From contig NC_068984.1 in the NCBI RefSeq assembly GCF_001194135.2, forward strand, positions 104,436,343 to 104,500,342: a stretch of 64,000 nt of DNA, read 5' to 3'. The translations under genes and the position numbers were made by a program. Below the pieces are notes generated by a model. The model was not told the DNA's origin. It did not search any database and saw only the letters and a program-made list of their open reading frames with translations. Origin of the DNA: Octopus bimaculoides. Taxonomy: Eukaryota. Numbering within the stretch: position 1 is the first letter of the stretch; the number at the start of each line of letters is the position of its first letter. Positions 1 to 12,420 of this stretch are shown piece after piece.

Positions 1-390
1 GTGGCCATGCTGGAGCACCACCTTGAAGGGTTTTAGTTGAACAAATTAGCCCTAGGACTTATTTTTTAAACCTAGTGTTTATTCTATCAGTCTCTTTTGC
101 GAACTGCTAAATTACAGGGATGTAAACACATCAACACCGTTTGTCAAGCAGTGATGGGNNNNNNNNNNNNNNNNNNNNNNNNNNNNNGGGGGGGGGGGGA
201 CAAACAGGCACAAAGACACACACACATAAATACAGACAAATATATATCTATGACAAACTTCTTTCAGTTTTTGTCTACCATATCCACTCAAAGCTTTGGT
301 TGACCCGAGGCTATAGTAGAAGACATGCAGTGGGATAGAGTCTGGAACCATGTGGTTGGGAAGCAAGCTTCTTACCACACAGCCACACTT
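1..390 (-). mobile_element. tRNA-derived SINE, family A (runs off window start)
   Basis: Reverse complement of the head gtggctgtgtggtaagaagcttgcttcccaaccacatgg and of the body and tail seen in the 27358-27760 copy. Confidence 0.8.
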
Positions 391-974
391 GTGCTTATAT
401 TCAAATTTTTACCTACTAATTGCTTGGATATTCTCACTTGATTAACAATTTCCAATTTATGTAACATACATGAAACCCTAACATATTTATAAAGTGGAAT
501 GCTTAGTGGGTATGTAACCATATTCTTCATAAATTCTATAGTCTTTCACTATTTTAGTTAAATACACAGGCTGTAAACATCTGCATACAAGTTGGCCAGC
601 ATCAACCAAATATAAATTTTTTACATGATCAAGTTTATTTCAATGTAAATATCGGAACTTGACTTTAGAAATGGTTAAATTATATACAAAAGCCATGACT
701 CTTAACACTTGTAGAGATCCCTATTGCCATTGCCCCTTCTCTTTATTCAACCTCCAACATCGTGTAACAGCTGTTTTACCCTACCAACATAAGTTCCACA
801 TATTTACTTGGCAATGTCCATTCATAGATATTTACTGCCATTCCATGTGTGTATGCGTAGCAATATATAAAACAAAAGCCCATATATTTTATTGAAATGT
901 ATAAGACGTTTTATAAACAAAGATATGGAAAAATAAAAGCAAAACAAGAACCAGTGAAAGAATATAATTCTGTT

Positions 975-1330
975 ATTCTTTCACTTCTTTCAGTCATTTG
1001 ACTGCGGTCATGCGGGAGCACTGCTTTAAAAGGTTTTAGTCAAAGAAATTGACCCTAGGACTTATTCTGTCAATCTCTTTTGCTGAATTGCTAAGTTACA
1101 GGGGCCTAAACACACCAGCATCAGTTGTGAGGTACAAAGACAGATGTACTCACACAAATATATACATATATATATGATGGGTTTCTTTCAGTTTCTGCCT
1201 ACCAAATCCACTCACAAGGCTTTGGTCAGCTTGTGGCTATAGTAAAAGACACTTGCTCAAGATGCCATGCAGTGGGACTGAACCCAGGACCATGTGGTTG
1301 GGAAGCAAGCTTCTTACCACACAGTCATGC
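975..1330 (-). mobile_element. SINE family A
   Basis: Near-complete reverse-complement copy, head at ~1325, A-rich tail at ~975. Confidence 0.8.
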
Positions 1331-2151
1331 CTATTGGTGAATAAATAGGAGGAAGTTCATTGTACCAAGAGAAACTAGTTACAATAACTGATTTGCTATG
1401 TTTGAGAATTTAGTTTTCCATGAAAAATTCATAATGAAAGAAATTAGGAATCTGAAATAGGGCTATACAGTAATAAATTGTCTGTAAATTCAAGAGGTAA
1501 TTTCTTTACTAAAGTTAAAAAGAAAGAAAGAATGGAAGAAAAGAAGAAAGAAAGGACTAGTGTATTTATAATTTAGAATTTCAGGCACATTTTGAAGTTT
1601 AATGGATCATAAAAATGGCTTTGAGTTAAAGATATATTTTAAGGAAAAACTGGGGCATTTTCAGAACATTGCCATTATGATGAGGAATATATAATGTGAC
1701 ATGTGTTACCAAATTTCAAGTCCTCACAGAAACATTAAAAATGGTGCAGAATTACATTTTTGTAGCTTTTTATTTATTTATTCATTTATTTATTTTATAG
1801 AATGTAATTATTAGACTTATCAACTAACACGATGACATGGTGTTTATTTTCAGAAACATTACAAGAGCTGTAGTGCTAATGGCAGAAATGACACTACTGA
1901 TTATGAATAATATAGTTGTTATTTTGACATCATTTTTATTTTCATATAGAAACATGGCATTTATTTTCTTGGAAACATCCTGAAACATATTCACATAAAT
2001 CTAATTATAATGAACTTTGGTGATAATTATGCACAGACATCACTTGATTCATTTTAAAAAGAATATCTTTCCATCTATTAAAAAAATGAGTAAATGGAAA
2101 TAAACTGACAGAAACAGAATATCTATCAATATATGTGCTTTACTTAGGTGC

Positions 2152-2185
<34 letters not shown>

Positions 2186-2208
2186 ATATATATCTGCATG
2201 TGTATATC

Positions 2209-2254
2209 AAAACTGTCTGATGAACGGGAATGTGAAACTCAGAGTAACGGTTTT
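2209..2254 (+). ncRNA. Minimal type I hammerhead ribozyme (Penelope-associated type)
   Basis: Helix I AAAACUGU(2209-16)/ACGGUUUU(2247-54); core CUGAUGA 2217-23; helix II ACG-GGAA-UGU; GAAA 2234-37; helix III ACUC-A-GAGU palindrome; GUA cleavage triplet ending at 2246. Confidence 0.65.
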
Positions 2255-2371
2255 TTTGTTATATTTCTGCTGCTTTTAAATAAAGCATATTACTCTACCT
2301 CTGGTATTTGAGTACTCTTTTTTCCACCTTGTTGCACATTTCATGTGCTTACTCCGGTATATATATATATG

Positions 2372-2407
<36 letters not shown>

Positions 2408-2444
2408 TAGAAAGGAAGGGTAAGAAGTGTGTGTGTGTGTGTAT

Positions 2445-2596
2445 AGGCATGTATGGCTGTGTAGTAAGAAGTTTGCTTCCCAACCACATGGTTCTGAGTT
2501 TAGTCCCACTTTGAGCAAGTGTTTTCTACTATGGCCTTGTGCCGACAAAAGCCTTGTGAGTGGATTTGGTAGATGGAAACTGAAATAAGCCTGTCA
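2445..2596 (+). mobile_element. SINE family A, 5' half
   Basis: tggctgtgtagtaag...ggttctgagtttagtccc head and body ending in (TA)n. Confidence 0.7.
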
Positions 2597-2619
2597 TATA
2601 TATATATATATATATATAT

Positions 2620-3150
2620 TAGGTAATAAACCATACGGTATATACCTGGTAGCTTACTGGTAAAGCACATTCACTTCCACAGTGTTTGTTGTGTAATTGG
2701 TTAAGGAGGAATTTCAACCATGTTTCGTGGTCTGCTACCACAACAGCTCCTTTATAGGATCCAGTTAGCTCAAGACATCATCAGGAGGAACCACGTCCGG
2801 TTTCGGCCCCTACTCCTCTACCGTTTTGACGTGGCGGGGCCCCTCCTTTCGGAGGTGTCTTCAGCTCTGGTGTTGGGTGCATGTCTTCTTTCTTTTATTC
2901 CCTGGCCTCTTCAATGCAGCATCAATGAGTGTCAGCGTCCGACTGATCGTCATGTCAAGTACCCCTTTTTATATCTGCTGCTAGGCTCCAGCAGGCAGCC
3001 CCAGCTAGTTGTCACGTGACATGGTCTAAACTTCCCGCTGCTAGGCTCCAGCAAGTAGCCCCAGCAAGTTGTCACATGACACTGTCTGAACTTTAACTGA
3101 CAATGGAGGGCGCGAAGCCACTTCAGTGTCAGCCTGTCTCACCTGTTAAT
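2620..3150. mobile_element. Unclassified CpG-rich insertion with 60-bp tandem duplication
   Basis: GC/CpG content above flanks; 60-bp unit repeated at 2977-3036 and 3037-3093; minus-strand TATAAA and AATAAA; no ORF homology recognised. Confidence 0.35.
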
Positions 3151-3512
3151 AGACTGCAGCCATGCAGAGGCACCACTTTGAAGAATTTTTAGTTGAATGA
3201 ACTGACCCCAGTCATTATTCCTTTTCAAGCCTGGTACTTATTCTATTGGTAACTTTTGCCAAATAGCTAAGTTACAGGGACATAAACACACCAAAAGCAG
3301 TTGTCAAGCAGTGGTGGGGGACAAACACACACACACACACACACACGTACACACACATATGTATGTACACAACAGGCTTCTTTCAGTTTCCATCTATCAA
3401 ATACACTCACAAGGCTTTGTTTGACTTGAGGTTATAGTAGAAGACACTTGCCCAAGCTGCCATGCAGCAGGACTAAACCTGAAACCACGTGGCTGGAAAG
3501 CAGGCTTCTTAC

Positions 3513-3515
<3 letters not shown>
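3150..3515 (-). mobile_element. SINE family A
   Basis: Reverse-complement body and head similar to 27358-27760. Confidence 0.75.
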
Positions 3516-3545
<30 letters not shown>

Positions 3546-3559
3546 CAGGCATGGCTATA

Positions 3560-3950
3560 AGCACAGGCATGGTTGTGTGCTAAGAAGTTTGCTTCTCAAC
3601 CATATGGTTCTGGGTTCAGTCCTGCTGCATGGCACGTTGAGCAAGTGTCTTCTTCTATAGTCTCAGGCCAACTAATGCCTTGTGTGGATTTAGCAAGCAG
3701 AAACTGAAAGAAGCTCATTGCGTGTGTGTGTGTGTGTGTTTGTCTTTGTGATTGCTTCCTACCAATGCTTGACAACTGCTGTTGGTGTGTTTGCATCCCT
3801 GTGACTCAGTAGCTTGGCAAAAGAGACGATTGAATAAGTACCAACAAAATATAAGTACTGGGATTGATTCATTCGACTAAAATTCCTCAAGGCAGTGCCC
3901 CAGCATGGCCACAGTGTAATGACTGAAACAAGTAAAGGATAAAAGATATG
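3560..3950 (+). mobile_element. SINE family A
   Basis: Head with B-box-like ggttcagtcc, central (GT)n, tail gactgaaacaagtaaa. Confidence 0.75.
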
Positions 3951-5294
3951 TATAGTGTATATGTCAGTGCGTGCGTGTGAGAGAGAGAGAGAGGGAAATG
4001 AAATACATACAGAGATTAGAGATGTGTGTATATACATATATAATAGAGAGAGAGAGAGAGAAGGAAGGGGTGAATGAAATAGATACATAGAGAGAAATAG
4101 ATACCCAGATAGAGTAGATTTATGTGTACCTATACACATGTAAAGCAACATGGATCTCTGTATTGGTTTATGGTTACTTTGATAAGGAAAGTGCAATCTT
4201 AAACCCCAATGTACCTTGAAATATGTATAACACACACACACAAACACACACACACATTACTATTTTACATCATTTTACACTGTTAACAAGAGTGGGGTGA
4301 TCATTTTGTTAGCACAATTGTTTTTTTTTTTAGTACACCATCCTTTCTAGAAATAGTCGCTAAATGATTAAGGAGGAGTCGGACATCCTTTTTTATCAGT
4401 CAAGTTGGAGGACACAAAAGAGTTATGTGCCTTATTTGGAGCATGGCCCTACTCAGTAGCTGGAGTAAGATTTGAAAGTATGACTATGTTGTCAGTTTAG
4501 TTAAGTGTGGACTAATGCATTAAGTTTAATGAACCCCAATTTTTTTTTTCAGTGAAATTCCATTTATAATAAAGAAAAAGAAACATGAGTAGAGTTAATG
4601 GCAACTTTTGTCTGAAAGAACAGGGGAGATAAACTCTGAAAATGAACTTGATTGAAAATGAAATGGAGAATGAGAGATAGAGGCAATGAGGAATGAGTGT
4701 GATGTTTGGTAGTCAAAGAGATAACTTCAGACATGCTTCAGCATTATTAGACCTTCTCAGTGAAACTGCTTCAACAATAACTTTTTAGATTGACTTTTAG
4801 TGACTTTGAGCAAATATAGTTGAATTTGTGTGAAAATTAGTCAATGTAAAAGCAATTTAAAATAATGACATTGGAAAATTTCCTTGGGATGCCTTCTGCA
4901 TATAGAATATATAGTTAAGTGTGGTCTAAAATGCTAAATAGGATGTTAAAGGGATGATGATGATGGCGATGGTGACAACAACAATGACGATGATGATCTG
5001 TAATTCACTTTCATTGTTTTTTGTAGAAAATAAATTTCCAATGAGAGTTGCTGGACTTTCACTCAACACTCTTGGGTTTCACTATTCCACCTCACCATCT
5101 CTTTTTCTCTCTGTCTCTTTCTCATCTGTGAATTCCAACTTGGTTGGGCAACCAATATTTGATATTTACTAGATCAAGTTGTAAAGATGCTAGTAAGTAA
5201 GCAAATGAGATGGGAGAAATATTGATGCATTCACTTTTATCTTTCCAAAAGACAGTAAACTTTGAATTCTGGAATGAGCATTTGGTAGTAAAGA

Positions 5295-5405
5295 ACTATA
5301 AGAATTACATCAATAAATAATCCTGGAATCCACTATAAGAGTTACATCAATAAATAATCCTAGAATCCACTATAAGAGTTACATCAATAAATAATCCTAG
5401 AATCC
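5295..5405. repeat. 37-bp minisatellite x3
   Basis: actataagagttacatcaataaataatcctagaatcc repeated three times with 1-2 mismatches. Confidence 0.9.
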
Positions 5406-5860
5406 ATGGGAGATATTGGCTGTTTCTGAGATACACTGGCCAAACAATGGCAAATCTGAAATATCAGATAATGTAATAATTCTAAAGAATGGAAGAGGGA
5501 ATACTATCTGTTATAGAGGTTTTGGAGTCATATATTGCTCTCAGATTTTATTTAACATATGAGAATTGGTTTTGCATCTTAAAGGTTGTAGTAAATAAAT
5601 TGAGGTCATCAAAGATTATGAACCTATAGATGAATAAGAAATATTTAAGAAGGGTTTCATATTTCTGAGGGCTCATCCAAATATATTGAACAGCACTGAT
5701 TACATGACAAGGCAATGGTAATTAAGGATTTCAATTGTAAAGATGATAATGACAAAGACAAAGTGTTGTTATGGTATATGTAGAGCTCTAAGAATTGTAA
5801 AGAATAAGAGCAATAGAATGATTGAGTTTGTACCAAAGGACACCATGTTTAGATTGTGAG
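5405..5860 (+). mobile_element. Very decayed LINE apurinic endonuclease fragment (RTE-like)
   Basis: WEILAVSEIHWPNNG... resembles the APE motif W.IL.lSE.rW; remainder frameshifted. Confidence 0.35.
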
Positions 5861-6883
5861 TGTTTTATCCTATATAAGATCTATTTCATGGATATTTCTT
5901 GTATTTGTTTTAATTGTTAGAACACTACTTGCATCACATGTAAATCACATGACAGTTATCAACAATGCAGTTTCTTTTTGAGAACGACAATTATTATTAT
6001 TGTTCTTTTTCTTAAACTTGAAATAATCTAATTTGAGACTGTCAAAAAAAACAGCAACACATTCATAAATGACTTTTTAACTATGCTATGTATGCTTAAG
6101 AGAATATTTGTAAATATTTGTTAATGTTTCAAAGAAGCAGTTTAAACGTCCAAGTAAATTATAAACAAATGTTTTCTGCAGTCAAAACTAATAACCTTAA
6201 AAATGTTAAAATTAGAAATAGGCCAAAGGATGAACTACATTGCTAACAATTGGTTCATATACAAAAACTGCTTGGAAAGTGGCTTTCAAGTGACATAACC
6301 AAACTATATATATATTTGCTTTTGTGTGTGTGTGTGTGTATTTAAACAAAGTCAGGAGGTTTGAGAGTTGAATATTTATTTATTTAACCAAGTGATTTCT
6401 ATAGGATTATGGTAATTTTGCAACTTTCTTTATATATTATTAATTTCAGTATGCAAGAAGTTATGCATACATTTTTGCATTAATATGTATGTTCGTCATA
6501 ATATATTACAATTGTATATTCACAAATTAATGCAAATAAAGAAAGCTAGATCACTGGAACATCATGGTTACATCAGCAGTTCATCTCTAAATATACACAC
6601 AAAATTCACTCTACATATACAATATATGAAAGGCTGGAACCAGGCAAAATTACATTGATTTGGTCAGTAAAAGGTAAGCATCTTAGTCACATATAAAATT
6701 TTCTTTATATATAAGCACCCTCGTATCAAACAAATAAAAGTGCTGATAGAAGTGGTTATTCTTTATTCTTAGTGGTTGGCTACATGTATGAGTGCATATG
6801 TTATATGTATGTACATGTATATGTGTGTGCATGTCTGTATTTATACATATGTGTATATATATATATGTATGTGCATATGTGTG

Positions 6884-7911
6884 TCATCATCATCATCATC
6901 ATCGTTTAACGTCCGCTTTCCATGCTAGCATGGGTTGGACGATTTGACTGAGGACTGGTGAAACCGGATGGCAACACCAGGCTCCAGTCTGATTTGGCAG
7001 AGTTTCTACAGCTGGATGCCCTTCCTAACGCCAACCACTCAGAGAGTGTAGTGGGTGCTTTTACGTGTCACCCGCACGAAAACGGCCACGCTCGAAATGG
7101 TGTCTTTTATGTGCCACCCGCACAAGCCAGTCCAGGGGCACTGGCAACGATCTCGCTCGAAAATCCTACAGGAGCCAGTCAGGCGGTACTGGCAACGGCC
7201 ACGCTCAAAATGGTGCATCTCATGTGCCACCCACACAAGAACCAGTCCNNNNNNNNNNNNNNNNNNNNNNNNNNNNNNNNNNNNNNNNNNNNNNNNNNNN
7301 NNNNNNNNNNNNNNNNNNNNNNNNNNNNNNNNNNNNNNNNNNNNNNNNNNNNNNNNNNNNNNNNNNNNNNNNNNNNNNNNNNNNNNNNNNNNNNNNNNNN
7401 NNNNNNNNNNNNNNNNNNNNNNNNNNNNNNNNNNNNNNNNNNNNNNNNNNNNNNNNNNNNNNNNNNNNNNNNNNNNNNNNNNNNNNNNNNNNNNNNNNNN
7501 NNNNNNNNNNNNNNNNNNNNNNNNNNNNNNNNNNNNNNNNNNNNNNNNNNNACTGATGCTTCTAATGTTCAGCTTTTCTCTCAAGATACTTACACTCTGA
7601 CGGGTATTCACATTGACATTACACATCCAACGGAGCATACTGGCTTCATTCCTTGCGAGCTTACGTATGTCCTCAGCAGTTACAGCCCATGTTTCACTGC
7701 CATGTAGCATGGTTGTTCGTACGCATGCGTCATACAGTCTGCCTTTTACTCTGAGTGAGAGTCCCTTTGTTGCCAGCAGGGGTAAGAGCTCTCTAAACTT
7801 TGCCCAGGCTATTCTTATTCTAGCAGCTACACTTTCAGCGCACCCACCCCCACTACTAACTTGGTCGCCCAGATAGCGGAAGCTATCGACTACCTCTAGT
7901 TTTTCATGCAT
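6884..7911 (-). mobile_element. 5'-truncated RTE LINE with 3' UTR and (GAT)n tail
   Basis: EKLEVVDSFRYLGDQ...RIRIAWAKFRELLPLL...MLHGSETWAVT RT C-terminal motifs; 3' UTR ends gttaaacgatgatgatg; N gap 7249-7551. Confidence 0.85.
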
Positions 7912-7989
7912 ATATATATATAATCACATACATACATATATACATATATATATATTGTAGTGTATGCAGGTTGAAGGCTATTGTACGTT

Positions 7990-10870
7990 TATGAGTTCTG
8001 CCAAATGCGAACTTTCTTTTCAGGTACATGACACTGCTGTCCCCCATCCCAGGGTCTCACGGGCCGACACCTACCACACCCTCAGAGCTGGCACACTGAA
8101 ACATAGGTCTAGTGAGATTGTTGAGATGCTTGAATGGAGACGTGTAGATTTGTGCTCCATCCAAGAAATAAGGTAGAAAGGAAGTTCTGCTAGGTTCCTC
8201 ACAGGCAAAGAACATAGGTATAAGATTTTCTGGGCATGGAACACTGACGGGGGGTCGGGGTGTCAGTATACTTCTTGTGGAGAAATGGGTTGATAAGGTA
8301 ATCGAGGTAGTCACAGTCTGTTATAGAATACTTAAGATTAGATTAGTGCTGCATCATGGGTTGGCAACCATTATCTTGGCTTATACCCCTCAGCCAGGGC
8401 TACCTGATGAATAGAAAGACTTATTTTATGACACCCTCTTGCAGACTACCTCATCAACGAATGACAGAGACCTCTTTGTGGCTGGCAACTTCAATGGGCA
8501 TGTTGGACAACATGCATGGGGCTTCCATGGCATACATAGAAGCTATGGTTTTAGTTCCTGCAATGAGGGGAGAACCAGGCTGCTAGAGTTCTGTGATGCA
8601 AATGATCTTATGAGTTGTAACACTAACTTCAGGAAACCTGCCAGTCAATTATTTACCTACTGATCTGGTGGACACACTAGTAAAATTGATTACATCCTCG
8701 CCAGGAAACAGGAAAGATGGCTACTTATAAATGCTAAAACCTTCCCAGGTGAAGAATGCACCCCACAACATAGATTAGTAGTTAGCGATTTCAGGATCAG
8801 GGCTAAATGGATGCCCAGAAGACGACCAGTATGGAGAAAAATGATCTGGAAGCTTAAGGATCCTGCAAATGGACAGAGATTTAGAGACGTATTACCTGAA
8901 GCTTTTGACGAAATAGAGGGGGATATAGCATTACATGATGTGGAAGACAATTGTAGGTTCCTATGGGACAACCTATTAAGGATTACTGACCAGATCTGTG
9001 GATGGTGCAAAGTCCCCTCTTAACCCAATGTAACGTAGTGGTGGAACAATGTAGTTGACAGGGCCATTAAGGAAAAGAAACAGACTTGGAAGGACTGGAA
9101 GAAGGGTGGTAACAGGGAATTGCATCAGATTGCCAGAAGGGAAGCTAGGAGACAGGTTTATTTAGCTTGAGGGGAAGCAGATAAGAAAACATTTACCAAA
9201 GACTTGAAGTGTTTCATGCTGCAAGACAGTGTGTGAGAGAGAATTGTGACGTCATAGGAGAGAAATGTGTCCATATGGATGATGGCTCACTTGCATTTAA
9301 TGAGGCTGCAAAGAGACAGACTTGGAGACGCCACTATGAAAGGTTGCTAAATGAAGAGAATGAATGGGAGAAAAAGAGTCTGCTGAATGTTGACCCAACA
9401 GAAGGACCAGCTATCTGAATTGACAGTACCTTGGTAGATAAAGCAATTAAGGGTATGAAGACAGGGAAAGCCCCCAGCCCATCAGGAATCACTGCAGAGA
9501 TGCTTAAAATATCTGGCGGTGTCGGCTATAGTCTAGTCACCCGTATAGTTAATCAGGTGATACATGGAGTCATACTCAATGACTGGTGTAGCAGCACCAT
9601 AATCAATTGCTACAAAGGTAAAGGTGATGCATTAGATATGAGTAATTACAGAGGTATCAAGTTGTTGGATCAGGTAATGAAAGTCACGGAGAGGGTCATA
9701 GCCCAACTAATTAGGGAGAGAGTCAATTTAGATGAGATGCAGTTTGGATTTGTGCAAGGGAAAGCACCACTGATGCTATATTTCTGGTAAGACAGCCGCA
9801 GGAGAAATACCTAGCCAAAGAAAAACCTCTGTACCCGGCTTTCGTAGACATGGAGAAAGCCTTTGACAAGGTCCCCTGATCCCTTATCTGGTGGTCAATG
9901 CAGAAACTAGGGATAGATGAGTGGGTAGCGAGAGCTGTACAAGCCATGTACAGGGATGCTGTCAGTAAGGTGAGGGTTGGCAATGAGTATACTGAAGAAT
10001 TCCGGGTAGGGGTAGGGGTTCACCAAGGATCAGTCCTCAGACCCCTCTTATTCATCATAGTCCTCCAGGCAATAACAAAGGAATTTAAGACATGATGCCC
10101 CTGGGAGCTTCTCTATGCTGATGACTTTGCTCTAATAGCTGAGTCACTATAAGAACTAGAGGAGAAGTTTCAGGTGTGGAAGCAAGGTCTAGAATCGAAG
10201 AGCAGACAATTTACAAATCCCTTCAAGTAGATGGCCTTGCTTGATCTATAGAAAAGGCGTAGGAAGAAACTCCATAAGATGTACCCGGTGTATGGACACA
10301 TAAGAAGTGCAGCAATATCAAAGGAAGGCTAACTGGGAGGATAGTTTTTGTGTGTGGCAAATAAACACTGAAAATATGCAGAAAACAGCTTGTCAGGAGG
10401 AAAAACTAGAAGTAGTTGATAGCTTCCATTACCTAGGTGACCAAGTCATTAGTGGAGGTGGATGCTCTGAGAGTATAGCTGCTAGAATAAGAAATAGTCT
10501 GGACAATTTTCAGAAAGCTCCTACCTCTGCTGGTGACAAAGGGCCTCTCAGTCAGAGTAAAAGGTTGACTATATGATGCATGTGTGCGAACAGCCATGCT
10601 ACATGGCAGTGAAACATGGGCTGTGATTGCTGAGGACATGCATAAGCTTGCAAGGAATGAAGCTAGTATGCTCTGCTGGATGTGTAATGTCAGTGTGCGT
10701 ACACGACAGAGGGTAAGCACCCTGAGAGAAAAGTTAGACCTAAGAAGCATCAGATGTGGTGTGCAAGAGTGATGACTGCGCTGGTATGGTCATGTGTTGT
10801 GTATGGATGAGGACAGCTGTGTGCAAAAGTGTCACACTCTAGGAGTAGAGAGAACCCGTGGAAGAGATAG
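7990..10870 (+). mobile_element. Degenerate RTE LINE (APE + RT), stops and frameshifts
   Basis: VDLCSIQEIR; GKAPSPSGITAEMLK; NYRGIKLLDQVMKV; FVDMEKAFDKVP; GVHQGSVLRPLLF; LYADD; MLHGSETWAV. Confidence 0.9.
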
Positions 10871-10879
10871 ACCCAGGAA

Positions 10880-11540
10880 GATCTAGGATGAGGTGATAAA
10901 TGGATATATAAGCAAACAGATAGATAAACAGATAGATAGGTATATAGTTAATATAGACAACCATACACACATACATACACAAATGAAGACTGAAACACAT
11001 GAGAATATACACACATGCACACTTCACACACAAGGACACATGGAGACACACATCCATACATAACAGACATGTACATAGTCACACAAACCCATACACATAG
11101 ACACACTCTAGCATGCACATACAAGGAGACAGAGATACACACACAAATGCATACACACACACAAACAAACACACATGCACACAAACACAAAGGTGAACGT
11201 ACAAACACATGAATATGCAGAATACATATATACATACATACAAACATACACACATATACATACATATGTGTATACACATGCACACAAACAAACAAACAAA
11301 AAGAACACAGCTCTGATAATGGACTGAGTCAATGACTATTGAAAGAATTGCAAGATGCAACGAAAATTTTATAAAAATAAATATGTAAATGAGTGGAAAT
11401 CAGTGTGTTAAATGAGAGTGTTAAATAATAAGGCACTAAAAGAGAATGATTCTCCCCAGACACAATAAAATATGCTTCAACACGAATTCACAGAAAAAAT
11501 CTTGCAAACCAAATATTAAAACAAAATACACACACATACA
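10880..11540 (+). repeat. Dispersed microsatellite-rich repeat (copy 1)
   Basis: Colinear with the reverse complement of 47400-48125, including unique anchors aatgaagactgaaacacatga, gtcacacaaacccatacacatagacac and caataaaatatgcttcaac. Confidence 0.75.
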
Positions 11541-11589
11541 CATATACAAACACACACACATACATATATGCATACATATATATATATGC

Positions 11590-11930
11590 TGGGCCATCGC
11601 TGAGAGTTTTAGTTTATTTTTTAAAACCTAGTACTTATTCTATTGGTCTCTTTCACTGAGCTGCTAAGTTATAGAGATATAAACAAACCAACAAGCAGTA
11701 GTGGGGGGATAAACACAGACACAAACACATATAAATGTATATACACATATAAATACATATACACACATAATACATGCACACACATACATACACATGATGG
11801 CTTTTTTTCAGTTTCTGTCCACTGCATCCACTTACAAGGCTTTGGTTGGTTCAGGGCTATAGTTCGAGACACCTACCTAAGTTATGAAGCAGTGGTTGAG
11901 AAGAAAACTTCTTACCATATATCCATGCCT
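11590..11930 (-). mobile_element. SINE family A
   Basis: Reverse-complement body similar to other copies. Confidence 0.7.
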
Positions 11931-11989
11931 GCATCTATCCTCAATTCCATACCTACATCTATATACAATTTCAAACATGAGTCAATTTT

Positions 11990-12420
11990 ACAAAATAATA
12001 TTTTAAATTGTAACTGTAAAATGACTTCTACTTGCTCACTTAGGGACAATTGTTTAGTGTGCAATGTTATCTACAAGTGTAACATGATTACAGAAAAAGA
12101 CACACATTATTACATAGGATCTGTTTCTAATTCCTTTAAATATCATTACAACTTAGAGTTTTACAAAAAAAAAAAAATTGTAAATCAACAAGATTAGCTA
12201 AATACATCTTTAATATTGACCAAATAACTACAAAACATGATTTATACAGGAACATCATAACAAGAGCCCCTTCTTACATGGATATAAGAAAGAATAAAGA
12301 TTATGTTCTACTGAAGCACTACATATTTTATTTAGTAACAAAAAAGTACTTAATCTAAATCAGCAATGCTTTTTTTCTTGCAAGCACAAAATCCTAAAAT
12401 CATCTAAATTCTATAAATGC
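11990..12420 (+). mobile_element. Penelope-like element, GIY-YIG endonuclease remnant
   Basis: CNCKMTSTCSLRDNCLVCNVIYKCNMITEKDTHYYIGSVSNSFKYHYN. Confidence 0.75.

Noticed and set aside
6640-6682. AGTRQNYIDLVSK before a strong GTAAGC donor, reminiscent of the ACBP/ECI2 helix
   Set aside because: No pyrimidine tract at the required acceptor, in-frame stop just upstream, no other ACBP exons
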